A DNA stretch of 64,000 nt from Octopus bimaculoides (Eukaryota), in the NCBI RefSeq assembly GCF_001194135.2, contig NC_069004.1, positions 8,393,942 through 8,457,941 of the forward strand, read 5' to 3'. A program made the position numbers and the translations under genes. The notes below the pieces were generated by a model. The model did no database searches. It was not told where the DNA came from and saw nothing but the letters and a program-made list of their open reading frames with translations. This document shows positions 12,770 through 26,757 of this stretch, piece after piece. Numbering within the stretch: the stretch's first letter is position 1; the number at the start of each line of letters is the position of its first letter.

Positions 12770-14445
12770 TTATAAATGCACACATACATCATTTTGTGGG
12801 CATGGTAAACTTTTACCATCGCTTCATCCCTTCTGCAGCAAAAGTGATGAGATCCCCTATACAAGGCACTGTCAAAAGAAGGTGCAAAAAGGCTGGTGGA
12901 GTGGGATAGTACAATGACTTCAGCCTTCAAATCCACAAAACAAGCCCTGGCCCAAGCAACCATGCTGTCACATCCTCACATGTCAGCTCGAACTGCACTC
13001 ACAGTTGACACATCAGTGACAACTACGACCCCCTGAACAGAAATACAGTGCTTTCGACAGGGAACTACTGGCTGTCCATCTAGGTGTCTGCCACTTATGG
13101 TATTTCCTTGAAGGCCGCACGTTTACAGTATTCACGGATCACAAACCACTCACCTTTGCTATGAGCAAGCTCTCTGAGCCTTGGTTTGCATGCCAACAAC
13201 GACAGCTATCGGCAATTTCTGAGTACACCACAGACATCCAACACATAACCGGCAAGGGCAACCCAGTTGCCGATGCACTCGCTTGTGCTCCTACCTGCTC
13301 TCACACCTACCTAGCACCAATAACGGAAGGCTTGGATTATGAAGCTATGGCTGCAACTTAACAGACAGATGACGAGATCAGGGCCTACCGCACTGCCATC
13401 ACATCACTTTCTTAGCAGGGTGTACACTTTGACTCTAACGGCACAACCCTGCTGTGTGACGTATCCACTGGCAACCCACGACCAATCGTCCCATCAGCCT
13501 GGCACGAGAAAGTTTTCGACATCATTCACGAACTTTCCCACCCAGGTACTAAAGCCACATGGTGGCTGCTGTCAAGTAAATTTATCTAGCATGGTATGGC
13601 CAAGCAAATCGGGGATTGGACCAGGTCCTGCATCCCCTGTCAATAAGCCAAAGTCCATCAACACACCAAAGCACCTCTCGGCAACTGATTCAGTCATGCC
13701 AACATTGACCTTGTCAGCCCCCTACTACCTTCAAGGGGTTGCTTGTATCTACTGACCTTGGTGGACTGCTACACTCGTTGGCCTGAAGCCATCTCTCTCC
13801 GCAGTGCAGAAATGCAAGAGGTCAGCTGAGCTTTCATCGCAAACTGGGTCGCCCGTTTCGGTGTCCCAGATAGCATCTCATCCGATCAGGGTCCACAATT
13901 CACCTCAAAGCTGTGGAATAATGTGTGACCTTTTCGGAATCACAATGAACCGCACAACAGCCTACCACCCACAGGCCAACGGATTAGTGGAGAGATTTCA
14001 CCGCCGCCTGAAGGAATCACTGACAACCAGACTTAACGGGCCAAATTGGATCGACCAAGTCCCATGGGTGATGCTGGGAATCCACACTGCCCCAAAAGAA
14101 AATCTCAACCCTTTCTCTGCGGGAATGGTGTATGTTGCTCCCCTTACAGTGCCAGGAGAGTTCTTTATGAATACGAATTTAGACTTGGATGTCAAAAGGT
14201 ACCTCGCTCAACTGAGAGACAGCGTGGGCCAGTTGCGCCCTGTTCCCATGTCGACATATGGTACACCCAGATCATCCGTACCAAATGACCTCCGCACGGC
14301 TAACTTTGTGTTTGTTCGACGTGACACACGACGAAGACCCTCCAGCCAACCTACGATGGTCCATATCAAGTCATACATCCGGGAGATAAAACATTCCAAC
14401 TCCTAATTGGTGGACGACAAGACACAGTCTCCATCGATAGATTGA
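12770..14445 (+). mobile_element. Ty3/Gypsy pol relic (RT end, RNase H, integrase); no LTRs seen
   Basis: [52 protein letters not shown] and TTAYHPQANGLVERFHRRLK motifs; multiple frameshifts and stops. Confidence 0.93.
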
Positions 14446-14519
14446 AATGCAATAAAATAGGCAAACAAAAACGAACAATTTGGTCCTGCTAAAACACAAT
14501 TCCTTTTCATAACCCCTGA

Positions 14520-14563
14520 TCAATTAATAACCAATACAATGCAATATATTTAATGAATTTATT
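14520..14563 (-). terminator. G4 poly(A) signal + GU-rich downstream element
   Basis: AATAAA (14558-14563), a CA ~17 nt later, then ttgtattggttatt; homologous block in most units. Confidence 0.6.
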
Positions 14564-14819
14564 ATTACTTCCATAGTAAACAGAAAAGTTCTACTCCATG
14601 TCTTAGATGAGTCAAGAAAAGTACTTGACTTCCAATTTCCCTTTTACATGAATGGTTTTACTGGCTATTTGTTGTATTTGTCAACATCAATTTCACATTG
14701 TACAAGATATATTTTATTGTGCAGCCAGCACCAGAGAGGTTGTCATGCCTCTGACAACATTAGAGTGCTGATGTTTCTGTTCATTTGCCACTTAGTTCAC
14801 AGAGTGTATATTCCAATAT

Positions 14820-15230
14820 GAATCATTCGTTACAGAGAATGATCTGTCATAGATATTGCCGTGATATAACTTTCCTTTGAAATGAGTACATTTGTTTAGT
14901 TAAATGATTACTTTCAGAAAATGGTTTCCCAAAGGCATCAATCATATGGTTTTCTTCCTGTATCAATGCATTTGTGAGTAGTTACAGCACTTCTAATACA
15001 GAATGATACAATACAGATATTACAGTGATATGGTTTTTCTCCTGCCTCAATGTGATTATGTTTATTTATATCACTATTTTGTAAGAAAGGTTTACCACAA
15101 ATATCACTCTGACAGGGTTTTCTCTTCTGTATGTAAACATCTGAAAATAGTTAAATGACTGGTTTGATAGAAGGATTTATAACAGGCATCACAGTGGCAC
15201 AGCTATTGTCCTGTATGAACATATTTGTGT
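14820..15230 (-). pseudogene. Decayed zinc-finger repeats in the G4 3' region
   Basis: Frameshifted finger-like units continue past the stop. Confidence 0.8.
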
Positions 15231-16487
15231 TTATTTAACCGATCTGTTACTGATATTGCAGTGATTTGGTTTCTTTCTCGTGTGACTATATTTGTGAGTA
15301 GTTAAGGAACTACTTCCAGAGAATGACTTACCACATAAATTACAGTGATATGGCTTCTCACCTGTATGAATACGTACATGCTTAATTAGGCCAGAACTTT
15401 GAGAAAACGATTTACCACAGGTACCGCAATGGTATGGCTCCTCTCCCGTGTGAATACGCTTGTGAACAGTTAAACCTCTTCTGTCAGAGAATGATTTCCC
15501 ACAGATGTCACAGTGATATGGTTTCTCTTTTGTATGAATGCGTCTTCTGTGTCCCATCAAAAGACTTGTTTTAGAGAACGGCTTACTGCAAACATCACAC
15601 TGATATGGTTTTTCCCCTGTGTGAATTCGTTTGTGAACAGTTAATGGACCACCAGCACTGAATGATTTACCACAGATGTCACACTGATATGGTTTCTCTC
15701 CTGTGTGAATACGTTTGTGAGTATTTAAGGCATTTCCATGAGAGAATGATTTACCACAGATATCACAGTGATATGGCTTCTCTCCAGTATGAATGCGTTT
15801 GTGAGAATTTAAATGTACTTTTTGAAAGAATGATTTTCCACAGATATCACAGTGATATGACTTCTCTCCTGTATGAAGGTACTTGTGTTTAGCTAAATTA
15901 CCTCTGTCAGAGAATGACTCGCCACAAATGCTACACTGATATGGTTTCTCTCCTGTATGAGTACGTATGTGGCGAGTTAGGCTATGATTCTGAGAAAATG
16001 ATTTACCACAGATATCACAGTGATATGGTTTTTCACCTGTATGAGTTCGTACATGATCGGCTAAGTGACTTCTTAGAGAGAATGAATTACCACAGATATT
16101 ACATCTATGTGGCCGTTCTCCTGTATGGATGCGTTTGTGAATATTCAAGTTATGCATTCGAGAGAATGATTTACTGCAGATATCACAGTTATGCGGTTTC
16201 TTTCCCATATGTATATGTCTATGTTCAGTTAATGTGCCTTTTACAGTGAATGATTTACCACAGATATCGCATTCATAAGGCTTTTCTCCAGTGTGGATGC
16301 GTTTATGAGTAATTAAGGTTTGTAATCGTGGGAATGACTTACCACAGATATCACAGTTATGTGGTTTCTCTCCTGAGTGAATAATTTTATGATTAGTAAG
16401 ACTACTTTTTAGAGAAAATGTCTTTTGACAGATATCACAGGGATATGATTTTCTCACCTCCTTTGGCAAGTCTTCAGCAGAATCCAT
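15231..16487 (-). CDS. G4: C2H2 zinc-finger protein, 418 aa, 14 fingers
   Basis: Tandem C2H2 repeats; MDSAEDL leader. Confidence 0.96.
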   Translation of the reverse strand: MDSAEDLPKEVRKSYPCDICQKTFSLKSSLTNHKIIHSGEKPHNCDICGKSFPRLQTLITHKRIHTGEKPYECDICGKSFTVKGTLTEHRHIHMGKKPHNCDICSKSFSRMHNLNIHKRIHTGERPHRCNICGNSFSLRSHLADHVRTHTGEKPYHCDICGKSFSQNHSLTRHIRTHTGEKPYQCSICGESFSDRGNLAKHKYLHTGEKSYHCDICGKSFFQKVHLNSHKRIHTGEKPYHCDICGKSFSHGNALNTHKRIHTGEKPYQCDICGKSFSAGGPLTVHKRIHTGEKPYQCDVCSKPFSKTSLLMGHRRRIHTKEKPYHCDICGKSFSDRRGLTVHKRIHTGEEPYHCGTCGKSFSQSSGLIKHVRIHTGEKPYHCNLCGKSFSGSSSLTTHKYSHTRKKPNHCNISNRSVK

Positions 16488-17182
16488 TCTTCAATGAAAT
16501 TTCTTATCTCACAACAATAATAAATGTTTGTTTCCTGAATTTATTTTATACTACTGCTGCAATATTTTCATCAAATATTATAATGGGTACCAAACTGCTT
16601 TGTAACTATATCCAAATTTAATTGTAATACAAAAATCAATTTATACGTGTTCTATACAATGAAGAGAAATGTTTCACTCAGAAGAATAACTCTCAGAAAC
16701 TTGAAGATAAATTTATAGAAACGAAAATGTAGATCTCCTGTATAAAATCTGCCTTCTGTCTGTAAATGTCGATAAATATTGATGATATATCCTCAATGCC
16801 AATATCATCTGACACTCTGAAATGACAGGGAAATAGTATAAGATATTGAAGAAGAAGGGATTCAATGGGAGGAATTTGACAACAATTCTATATTAATAAA
16901 CAAGTGACAAACTTTTACCTCAACAACTGAACTTCACATTTTAAGTTGTTATTTAAATTGCATGATACAAGTTGTCAGAAGCTTATGTAAGCTTATACAC
17001 TATATCTATACTTTTGGATTGTATAACAGTACCAATATTACAATAAACAACAGTGATTTTACATTATATCTGGACTACTGTCTCCAGTTGTTGTATCATC
17101 AGGTCTTCTTCAGGTACTGCTCATTTTCAGTGATGTTCTCAGAATTTGAAACTGAACCCTTTACTAAAACTGCAGGTATGTA

Positions 17183-17213
<31 letters not shown>

Positions 17214-17640
17214 AACAAATAATAAATGAGTATATGCATATATACGTACAAGTATGTGCATACCTACATCTACCTGTATATATAGGTGCATATCTGGGTA
17301 CAGGACGTTGCAAACAAAACGTAGACAAAAAAAAATAATAATAACCAGAGTACAGAAAACACACAGAACATTTTCCTTCATCAGCTGCCACCATTCTAAC
17401 ACAGGCGTTGGGGCGGGGATTGATAAATTATATGTAATTTACAATAGCAAAAGAAAATTTAGTTTTATTTTGATTAAATTACCAGCGACTGCAGAGCGAA
17501 ACCTCTAATTTCGTTTGCATTTAGCGTTTTCTCGCCGTCAGTCTCCCACTCCCTTTGTTGTTTTAGTTCCCACCCCCAGCGTCACAGACGTTTTATTATA
17601 TGTAAAATTTCAATATCAAAACGAATGTTGCTCAACTTAC

Positions 17641-17820
17641 CGTTTCGAGATGTAAACAGTAAATCATTTTGTGTTACCTTTTCACTTAACTACCTAAGAA
17701 AATATTTCATTGTTAGCTTGAGGTTTATAAATGGTGTCTACGGAGCACTGTCTATTCCTAGCTTATAACACAGAACAAGAGAATCTGATTGTGGGCCTTT
17801 AGCCGCAGTTTCGCTATGAA
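17641..17820 (-). promoter_or_regulatory. G4 non-coding exon 1 + promoter motif (diverged)
   Basis: Donor at 17639-17640, acceptor at 16817-16818. Confidence 0.68.
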
Positions 17821-18699
17821 ATATTTAGAAAACCATATTTAACGTACAATAGTTATGTTATGAACACATTTTGAAAATATTTAAAAAAAAGCCTTTGTCA
17901 GGCATAGAATATTATACAGTAGAGGAAAACAGTTGACGAAATTTTATAAAGAAAAAATATATAGAAACAGCCTTCGATAAAATATAGTGTACTCTTAGAG
18001 AGATTAAGACAATCGAAGCTGAGCGAACATTACAGCAGAAAAATCGTTCTCTCTCTTCATTAATTTTTCACAACATACGCATAACACTCTACCTAGCTAC
18101 TTACTTTAAACTACAAGCTAAATAGGACTCTGTCGAGACCAAGTAACTTTGCAAGACAAACAATGACCCCTTTATTGGGAGATGGGGGTGGTATTGAGGG
18201 AGTTGTGACTTCTGAATGAGAATAAATAGTGACTCAGCTTGGAGTGTGCCCGTTGATGAGAGGTTAGTTAACCAGAATAGAGAGAAAGAGATAGCTTGCT
18301 ATAGATGACATACACGGATACCCAACTGGAAAGAGAAAGATAGAGAGGGAGAGATAGTGATGGATATGTGCCAGGACTTACCTTCAATATACTGGGGTAC
18401 AGAGAATTTAGACTGCGTGAGGGAGCAGTGGCTGAAGGGGGAAGTTTCATAAGAGTGTGAGGAGAGATGCTTAGAGGCGGGATAGAGTGACTGTAGCAAT
18501 TGATGTGAGTGATATAGGTGTAGCTCAGGGATTTAGGGAATGTAGGCAATGTTTCGATAGTATGTGACGTCAGTCATGAGTAAGTGTGGTTGAGTGTGTT
18601 TGAGTAGCTCTGCTGATCAGACGAAGCACATTACCACACACTCGCTCATAGACTATTACCGACAGATTGCCGGAATAGAATAAGAGGGGACAAACATTC

Positions 18700-18975
18700 T
18701 AGTGGCAGAAACGATAGAAATCGTAATAACGAACATATATAAATATCCAAAAATAAAGCCACCCGTGATACCAGTAAGCTTTACAACACTCTCGTAAGCA
18801 TACTATGGATTTATAAGGAAATCACAACATACACACTACAAAATAAAGTTTAGAAAACAAGACTAGCGGATAATATTTACATATTCCATAAAATTCTTAC
18901 CAAAATTAAACGATTATTCCTGGAAGCCATATTCATGGCACAACACAATACCAAAATAAACACAAACAACACACA
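18700..18975 (+). mobile_element. Possible Penelope-like GIY-YIG C-terminal relic
   Basis: TTLS/KHTMDL...KRLFLEAIFMAQHNTKIN after frameshifts; weak. Confidence 0.35.
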
Positions 18976-19299
18976 CATGTAAAAAATTAAAAAGTAACTA
19001 CTGACACGAAGACAGTCAAAATTTAGGCAGTAAAGCTTTACATGAATTTGACTGAAATAAAGTAAATTATCACTTGACTACTGGCATGAAAGCCTGAGGA
19101 TCAAAAGTTCGACTACTGTTCTAAGATAAGACTGTGAAGGTCTGAAAATGTTAAACATGGACCTAGGAACACATTCTCACCCCTTACCACAAGCAAATAG
19201 AACATGGCCTGGTATGGCAGAAACAACACCAAGTTTTCCAAGCTGAATTCCAGTCAGAAGAACTAAGGATCTCTGTATAATGACAACTAATTCTCTTTT

Positions 19300-20170
19300 T
19301 GGCATTTCAAATAATTAATAATCATTAATATGTAAACTTGTTACACTGAGCTCAATTTCTAATCTAGCTACATTACGACAAGCAAACAATAGAAGTTTAT
19401 ATTCAATTATTCTTTTGTTCCAATAAATCTCACAGTAGAAATATATCATATCATGTTTGCATCTGATCATTATGGTTAAACACACAGACCAGCTTACATC
19501 AACAAGTAAGAACATACATAAACCACAAATTTCTTTTAGTGTGACAATGGTCACCCTGACACTGAAAGGCCAAGCTCGAAAATGGCAGAACTGCATTCTA
19601 ACTGGATGGAACAGGAATGTGCATGTTTAACTGCATAATTACGATAAGCATTCCGCTCCAAGAGATATAAGACAAATTCAGAATGGTCAGCATTTGAAGC
19701 ATTTAATTATGGTGTCTACAGTCCACTTTGGTTACCAATTTGTTGCTAAATACATGAGTCTAATTAACTGTGCTAGTGTTATACAATCACAAGCAGAGTG
19801 CAGCAACAATCTTTAAAGCAACAGAAGCTGTCAGCCTTACAGTTTTACAGCTCAATATCAACACTGTCATCACATAATATTGTATAATAACAAAACGACC
19901 GGGACAATCATTTTCCAACCATTGGATTGCCTCGTTCATGCAAAATAGCAATCAACACCAACAATATTAGAATGGATTTTATTCAGAACCTTTTCAGAGT
20001 AATTGCAGTAACAACCTGTATTTAATGCTTTGTATTATTATAAATAAGTGTATATAAATCTTGAAGATAGTTTTTCTATCATTTCCAAATTAGCATTAAT
20101 TCTTTAAATGGACATTCACTGCAACAAACAGTTAGATGTGTCTCTTCTCCGAAATATGAAAATATAACAA
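19300..20170 (-). mobile_element. hAT (SPIN/Buster-like) transposase fossil, copy 1
   Basis: Nucleotide match to 32870-32985; FLLVDVS...KLLLF resembles the hAT C-terminal region. Confidence 0.5.
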
Positions 20171-20620
20171 TATCATTTCTTATAGAAATGTTCAGAAGCT
20201 TTTAAATTTGTTATTTTTTAACTTTTGCCAGAATAAATAAATGTGTGTGTGTGTGTGTGTGTGTAAGAATGTCTGTTCATATAGAAGTGAAGGTAGGACA
20301 AGAATGAAAGACCCTTATACCCTGACGATAAGCAATAGCATGTCACCACTATCTCCTTCTGACTAGGGTAACCATGTAGCTCCTCTACAACAAAACACTT
20401 GTTTCTGTTCTAACATAGTTTAACCTCTCACCACTTGGCACAAACCCACCTCCCTCAGTTGAGGGTTATTTGTCTTGCATGTTGCTTGGTAACCTTGTTG
20501 GTGCTGGAACCCTCGCAGAAAAGTGAATACAAATGCTTTAATTTCTTAAGGTAGAAGGGTTTAAATACCAGAATGTGAGGCTGAACGTTTTCTTAATTGG
20601 ATTCTTCTCATAAATGGTAT

Positions 20621-20972
20621 TTATTACCTCCACCTTTGCTAAGGTAGAGGTATTGTTTTCAATCATGTTTGTTTGCTTGTCCATGGACAAGATATCTCAA
20701 GAACCACTGGATAGATTCAAATGAAACTTACAGGGATGTTTGGACTCATGACTGGCATGAACAGATTAGATTTTGGGATTGATCTGGTACTGCACAAGGA
20801 TTCTGGATTATTTTTCCTATTTTTTTTACTTAATCTTTGAGAGCAGTCAGGTTCATTTTTAGCATTTGCAAGAGCAGTCGAGTTTATTTCAGATATTCTC
20901 ATTTAAAAAAAATCATCTCTGGCTAATTGTTGAGAAGACGTTGGTGTTACCTTGACAGAGGAAGTTTGTGCT
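20621..20972 (+). mobile_element. Helentron-associated non-autonomous element (DINE-1/HINE-like)
   Basis: 5' hairpin tacctccacctttgctaaggtagaggta, tgtttgtttg microsatellite, core block, degenerate 3' stem-loop. Confidence 0.6.
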
Positions 20973-21295
20973 CTTGTTATGAATTGTATTATGTTGGAAT
21001 AAAATGCATCATAAGTTTTATTCATTTTGATTTGAATTTTTCTCAATTTCAGTTGAAATTTTAATCTGAAAACAGCCGGAATGTTTTTGAACGTACTTTT
21101 TTTCTCAATGACAGTTGACCTGGGGCTAAATATGTTAGCTTTACATTTAGACAAGCATATTTGAAGTGAACATGCAAAACCCAGAATGAATCAGTATGGG
21201 ATAACCAAAATGATTTTTGTAAAAGTTAATCAACCACAATAAACAAAAATGAAAAACAATTTGATCCTTCTAAAACACAATTTATTTTCATTACC

Positions 21296-21338
21296 CCAAA
21301 TCAATAACCAATGCAATATTTTTAATGAATCATTTATT
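21296..21338 (-). terminator. G5 poly(A) signal + GU-rich element
   Basis: AATAAA at 21333-21338 in the same conserved block. Confidence 0.6.
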
Positions 21339-21833
21339 ACTACCATAAAAAAACCCAAAACAAGTCCATTCCATGTTAGATGAGCCAGGAGGAACATTTC
21401 ACCAATATCTTTCATTTCGTGCATGCTTCTTAAGACTGCCAGCCCTACCTACCACAATCAATTTCTGTGTACTGGATAGATTACATTGTGGAGCCAGCAC
21501 TAGAGATGCAGTCATATCCCTGATGACATGAGTGCTGATGACTGTCCATTTGCCACTAACTTCACAAAGTGTATGTTTCTGAGTAGGGGAGTCATTTGTT
21601 ACAGAGAATGAGTTACCAGAATAGATATTTTTTTTAATCAATACTTATGTGTAGTTAGATCACTATTTTGAGAAAATTTACCCCAGATTTCACAGTGATA
21701 CAATTTCCTGTCAGCATCGAAGTGTTGGTGAGTATATACAGAGATGCTACTGACAGGAGTACCACAGATATTACAGTGATATGAATTCTAGCATGAATGA
21801 TTTACTACAAATATCACAGTGACATGGATTTCA

Positions 21834-23048
21834 TCATGTATGTGTGTATTTGTGTTTAGTTAATTTACATGATTCATAGAATGATTTACTGCAAATATTA
21901 CACTGATATGGCTTCTCACCTGTATGATAACGTACATGTCTAGTTAGGTCGTAACTACGAGAGAATGACTTACCACAGTTATCACAGTGATATGGTTTTT
22001 CCCCTGTATGTATACGTTTATGAGAAGCTAATGCACTTCCATCAGTGAAGGATTTACCACAGATCTCACAGTGACATGGTTTCTCTTTTGTATGAATACG
22101 CCTGTGAACAGTTAATGTACCTGTATAAGTGAATGATTTACCACAGATATCACAATGATATCGCTTCTCCCCTGAATGAATACGCTTGTGAATACCTAAT
22201 GTACCTCCAGCAGTGAACGATTTACCACAGATATCACACTGATATGGTTTTTCTCCTGTATGAATGCGTCTGTTGTGTATTGTCAATTGACTTGTGTGAG
22301 AAAATGATTTACCACAGGTATCACAGTTGTATGGCTCTTCTCCTGTGTGAATACGTTTGTGAACAGTTAATCCTGTTCCATAAGAGAATGATTTACCACA
22401 GATATCACAGTGATATGGTTTTTTACGTGTATGAATACGTTTGTGAGAATTTACCTGAGATCTTTGAAAAAATGCTCTTCCACAGATGTCACAGTAATAA
22501 GACTTCTCTCCAGTATGAATGTATTTGTGTTTAGTCAAATTACCCGTTTCAGAGAATGAGTCACCACAAATATTACACTGATATGGCTTCTCTCCTGTAT
22601 GGATACGTATATGGCGAGTTAGGCTACTAGTACAAGAGAATGATTTATTGCAGATATCACAGTGATACGGTTTTTCACCTGTATGAGTACGTACATGATC
22701 AGCTAAATGACTTCTGACAGAGAATGACTTACCACAGGTATCACATTCATATGGTTTTTCTCCAGTGTGGACACGTTTATGGGTAATTAAAGTACGAATT
22801 CTAGAGAATGATTTACCACAGATATCACAGTTATGTGGTTTCTCTCCTGTATGTATATGGCTATGTTCAGTAAAGTTCCTTCTCACAGTGAATGATTTAC
22901 CACAGATATCACAGTTGTATGGTTTCTCTCCTGTGTGAATACATTTATGAGTAGCAAGTCTACCTTTTTGAGAGAATGTCCTGTGACAGATATCACAGGA
23001 ATATGATGATTTTCCCACTTCCTTTGACAATTCATCAGGAAAATTCAT
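21834..23048 (-). CDS. G5: C2H2 zinc-finger protein, 14 fingers
   Basis: The ORF track starts at 23123. The start homologous to the other paralogues (MNFPDEL) is at 23048. Confidence 0.95.
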   Translation of the reverse strand: MNFPDELSKEVGKSSYSCDICHRTFSQKGRLATHKCIHTGEKPYNCDICGKSFTVRRNFTEHSHIHTGEKPHNCDICGKSFSRIRTLITHKRVHTGEKPYECDTCGKSFSVRSHLADHVRTHTGEKPYHCDICNKSFSCTSSLTRHIRIHTGEKPYQCNICGDSFSETGNLTKHKYIHTGEKSYYCDICGRAFFQRSQVNSHKRIHTRKKPYHCDICGKSFSYGTGLTVHKRIHTGEEPYNCDTCGKSFSHTSQLTIHNRRIHTGEKPYQCDICGKSFTAGGTLGIHKRIHSGEKRYHCDICGKSFTYTGTLTVHRRIHTKEKPCHCEICGKSFTDGSALASHKRIHTGEKPYHCDNCGKSFSRSYDLTRHVRYHTGEKPYQCNICSKSFYESCKLTKHKYTHT

Positions 23049-23458
23049 TCTTCTATAAGTTTTCTTTTCTAATGACAATATGGATATTTTTACTGCTTTG
23101 CGATCAAAATATTTATACTGCAATATTTCCAGTGAAGAACAAAATATTTACACTGCAATATTTCCAGATTAGCAAACTCCTTTGTAAATCTGTCCACATT
23201 TAACTGGAATACAAAATCATCTTGTATACCTTCCAGACATTGAAGGGAAATGTCTCACTCAGAAGAAATATTTTGCACAAGCTCAATGACGAATTTATAG
23301 AAACAGAGTTGTAATTCTTCTGTATAACAGCTTTCTGTCGTCTGTAAACGATAAATATTGACGATATTATTTTTAATGGCAATCTTATTTGAAATACAGA
23401 AATAGAGAAAAAGTAAGATACCAAAAATAATTAAATAAAATAGAGGTTCAACAGAGAA

Positions 23459-23608
23459 GCTTCTTTCAGTTTCCGTCTACCAAATCCACTCACAAGGCTT
23501 TGGTCGGCCCGAGGCTATAGTAGAAGACACTTGCCCAAGGTGCCACGCAGTGGGACTGAACCCGGAACCATGTGGTTGGTAAGCAAGCTACTTACCACAC
23601 AGCCAGTG
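23459..23608 (-). mobile_element. tRNA-derived SINE, family B (tail lost)
   Basis: A box TGGCTGTGTGG and B box GGTTCAGTCC; CORE-like gcaccttgggcaagtgtctt segment. Confidence 0.88.
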
Positions 23609-24858
23609 ATCTCATTTCATTGTCCACACTAGGGATATTCTACTCATTTGTTATTCTACTACTTGTGATGCCATTAGTTTGCTACGCTTCAACCAGAATA
23701 TATCGTGACTTACCCAGCGATTGACCTCCCTACTACTTAACAGTTGACACTTAACCTATACATATGCTCACTATACCAAAATTTACAGAACGTTGGACAT
23801 TTATCTCTCACTAGAAACATCCGTGTTCACTGTTACTTAATCAATGGGCAATCCTTACTAAGCAAACCTATTATCAAACACATTCCAGTCACGACACTGT
23901 CATCGTATATCTAGGGATGCATTATCTTGAGTGTCCAATCACCACGCCCTGACATCCTTTCTAAGACGGCTAGGTGTAATTTGTGAGAAATTTAGCTCTT
24001 ATTTCAAGAAGGTTGAGTAATCGCATAGTTTCCACCCCAGTGGCCTCATTGTTGCTATTTTGTCCCAAAGTCAGCCGTAACTAAAAAAATATTATGAATG
24101 AAGGAACGAACATTGAATGACGGGGGAAAAAAATGATCAAAAAACGAAGTACTTCTTAAAAAGGGTGACCTAACTCCTAATACGTCCATTCATATGGAGA
24201 TGAAACAATATCATGTCATCTATTGTGAACTATTATTTACAGAAAGCAGAGAGAAGCCAAATCACTGATATCTGACATAAATACGTCCGGATAATTTTGC
24301 AGCTGTGTTTCGTAGCTTCAAAATTTAAATGAGATTCACAATGTTAGGGAAAATGTTGATACTTTATATATATATGCTATCTTATACCGTTCAATTCGTT
24401 TCTGTTATTGTAAGTTAATTTTTAGAGGATTTTTTAAAGAACAGAGATTAACATGAAAGACTGTCGAAGTATTATCTTCTACATAAAAATCAAGAGGTGG
24501 GAGTAAAGAATACGTACACCACCCGTTTTCGGCGTAACAAAATAAAAACCCTAACCTTAAACACCGGGTGTACATATTCTTTACTTTCGCCAAATCAAGA
24601 TATGTAAATATTTTCTATAAATTTATTATTTTCAATTCAATGTAATTATTATATTCTTGTAGGAAATATCTTTTACCAATGTCGCTATGAGTTTTTACAT
24701 TTATATAATTTATATAATTACTGCATCTGAAAGCAATATCTTTTCCCACTGTTATATGTTTTAACTTCAATATAATTAACATCCTCCAATTAATTAAAAA
24801 ATAATTCTATTATTTACATACATAATTACAGCATTAAAATAAACGTTTATCAGCTTAC

Positions 24859-25070
24859 CTTTTCCAGATGTAAACAGTGAATCGTTGTGTTAAGCGTCTT
24901 CACTAAACTACCAAAGTAAACATCTGATTGTTAGAATGAGGTTTTACCAATGATTTATCAACTTTATCCGACACCAACATTCAAAGAACACCAAGTTACT
25001 TCCTCAATAAAATCCAAACTGAACACTAGTAAAGCTGACTTTATGTCTGCGGCCGCATTTTCGATATCAA
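24859..25070 (-). promoter_or_regulatory. G5 non-coding exon 1 + promoter motif
   Basis: Donor AG|GTAAGC at 24857-24858; the homologous acceptor is mutated to TG (23397-23398). Confidence 0.7.
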
Positions 25071-26757
25071 GTTCAACAACCTCAATGGTAATGTCGTGGT
25101 TCATCAGGGGACGTTGGGTATTTCTAGTGATATGAATTTTCTTGGAAATAAAATGCGTAATGTTTTAAAAACATTTTCAAGATAACTTTTTAATTTTTGT
25201 TGTATCTGGGGAGAATCAAACTACCTCAATATCTAACACATTAGTTCGATTTCCCCTCATTTATTTATTTATTTTTATTTGTGTCTTCCAAAAATTTTCG
25301 TTACTTTTTAAATTATGAATAAGAACATTATGTTATTAGTAGGTGGAAAATTTGATAATAAACCACTGGAGCTATTTAGCTTCTGTTTGATGAAATAATT
25401 ATTGTTTTTCACTGCTTTTCTTATTGCCAAGAGCGTCCTTATCTATAAAAATTTGACAACCACTATTTTAGACTATTATAATCATAGCTTGGTTTCACAC
25501 ACACACACATCATCGTCTTCGCCATTTAGCATTCACTTCCCATTCTGACAGGAGCCACTAAGGCAGAGGTCGGCACCCAGTAAACAGCTAGCTTCATATA
25601 TTTAATGTGCATTTTCCTACACTAGCACAGGTTGGAAGAGCATTTTTCCTCACAACAACACTTGTATTTTAAGATTTTTTTTCTTCATTTTAGATCTTCA
25701 AAAGCACAGAGCAACCAGTTAAAATGTCAGCATCACTACTTCACTCAAATAGAGGCAACTATTGAATATCAAGTCCCACACACACATATGATGGGATTTC
25801 TAGTTTTGCTCTCATGGCATCATTTGGGCCAGTGACGTTGCAGAAATACCCAGGTGCTGCATAGTAGGATGAAACCAAAAATAGACAGTTGCAAAGCCAA
25901 CTTCGAAGCCATATACCTAGGCCTGCATCTATGTTAGTTGAATTAGCCATTGCGTACTCAATACCACATGGCAAAGCAGGACTCCTTCTTGTCTGGCTCC
26001 TGTTGTATATATTAAACTGTCACCAAGACCCATTTGCATCTTGTACATATTTATTGAGAAGTTGACAAGAAAGACTCTTGATGCAGATCTGATGACTGAT
26101 TTCATCATTTAGAGACAGCTGAACCTACTTTTAACAATTTCATTAATTTTGATTACAAGTTTTCTCAGTTTCATTGTGTGAGCTTAATGTTGAAATAAGC
26201 ATATTTTTAATGAAAGTACATAAAAATTGCAAAGTACGGGGTAACCAAAGTGTTATGTTAAAACTTTATCAAATGCAATATAATGAAAAACAAAAACAGA
26301 TGATCAGATACTTCAAAATCACAATTTATTTTCATGAACCTGAATCAATCAATAACAAATGTAATACAATATATTCAACTCGTACAAAAAACAAAACAAA
26401 AATCTTTTTCATGAGTTTGGTGAATCAGGAAATATATTTCACTTTCAAGTTCCATTTTAGGGGCATGATGTTTATAGCTGGCTGCCCTACTTGTCACCAT
26501 CAATTTGACAGTGTGTTGGATGTATTTTATTGTGGAACCAGGCAGTCATGTCACACAGTAGATTTCAGAATCCTGATACCTCTGTTACAATTTCTCAACC
26601 ACTCCACATTGCACATATTATTAAATAGAGGAGTGATTTGTAACAGAGAATGATTTACCACATATAAATGTGCTATTTATTCTTCAGAATGAATATATTT
26701 GTGTTCAGTTAAATCATAGTTTTCAGAAAATTATTTACTGCAGATATAGCGATGTGG

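Noticed and set aside
17345-17390. Hammerhead candidate CTGATGA + hairpin on the minus strand
   Set aside because: The hairpin is followed by GTAC rather than GAAA, and no helix I or III can be drawn.
23049-23123. Upstream in-frame ATGs extending G5 (also G6 and G8)
   Set aside because: They are not conserved among paralogues, whereas the M[DN]F start (A at -3 in most genes) is shared by all.
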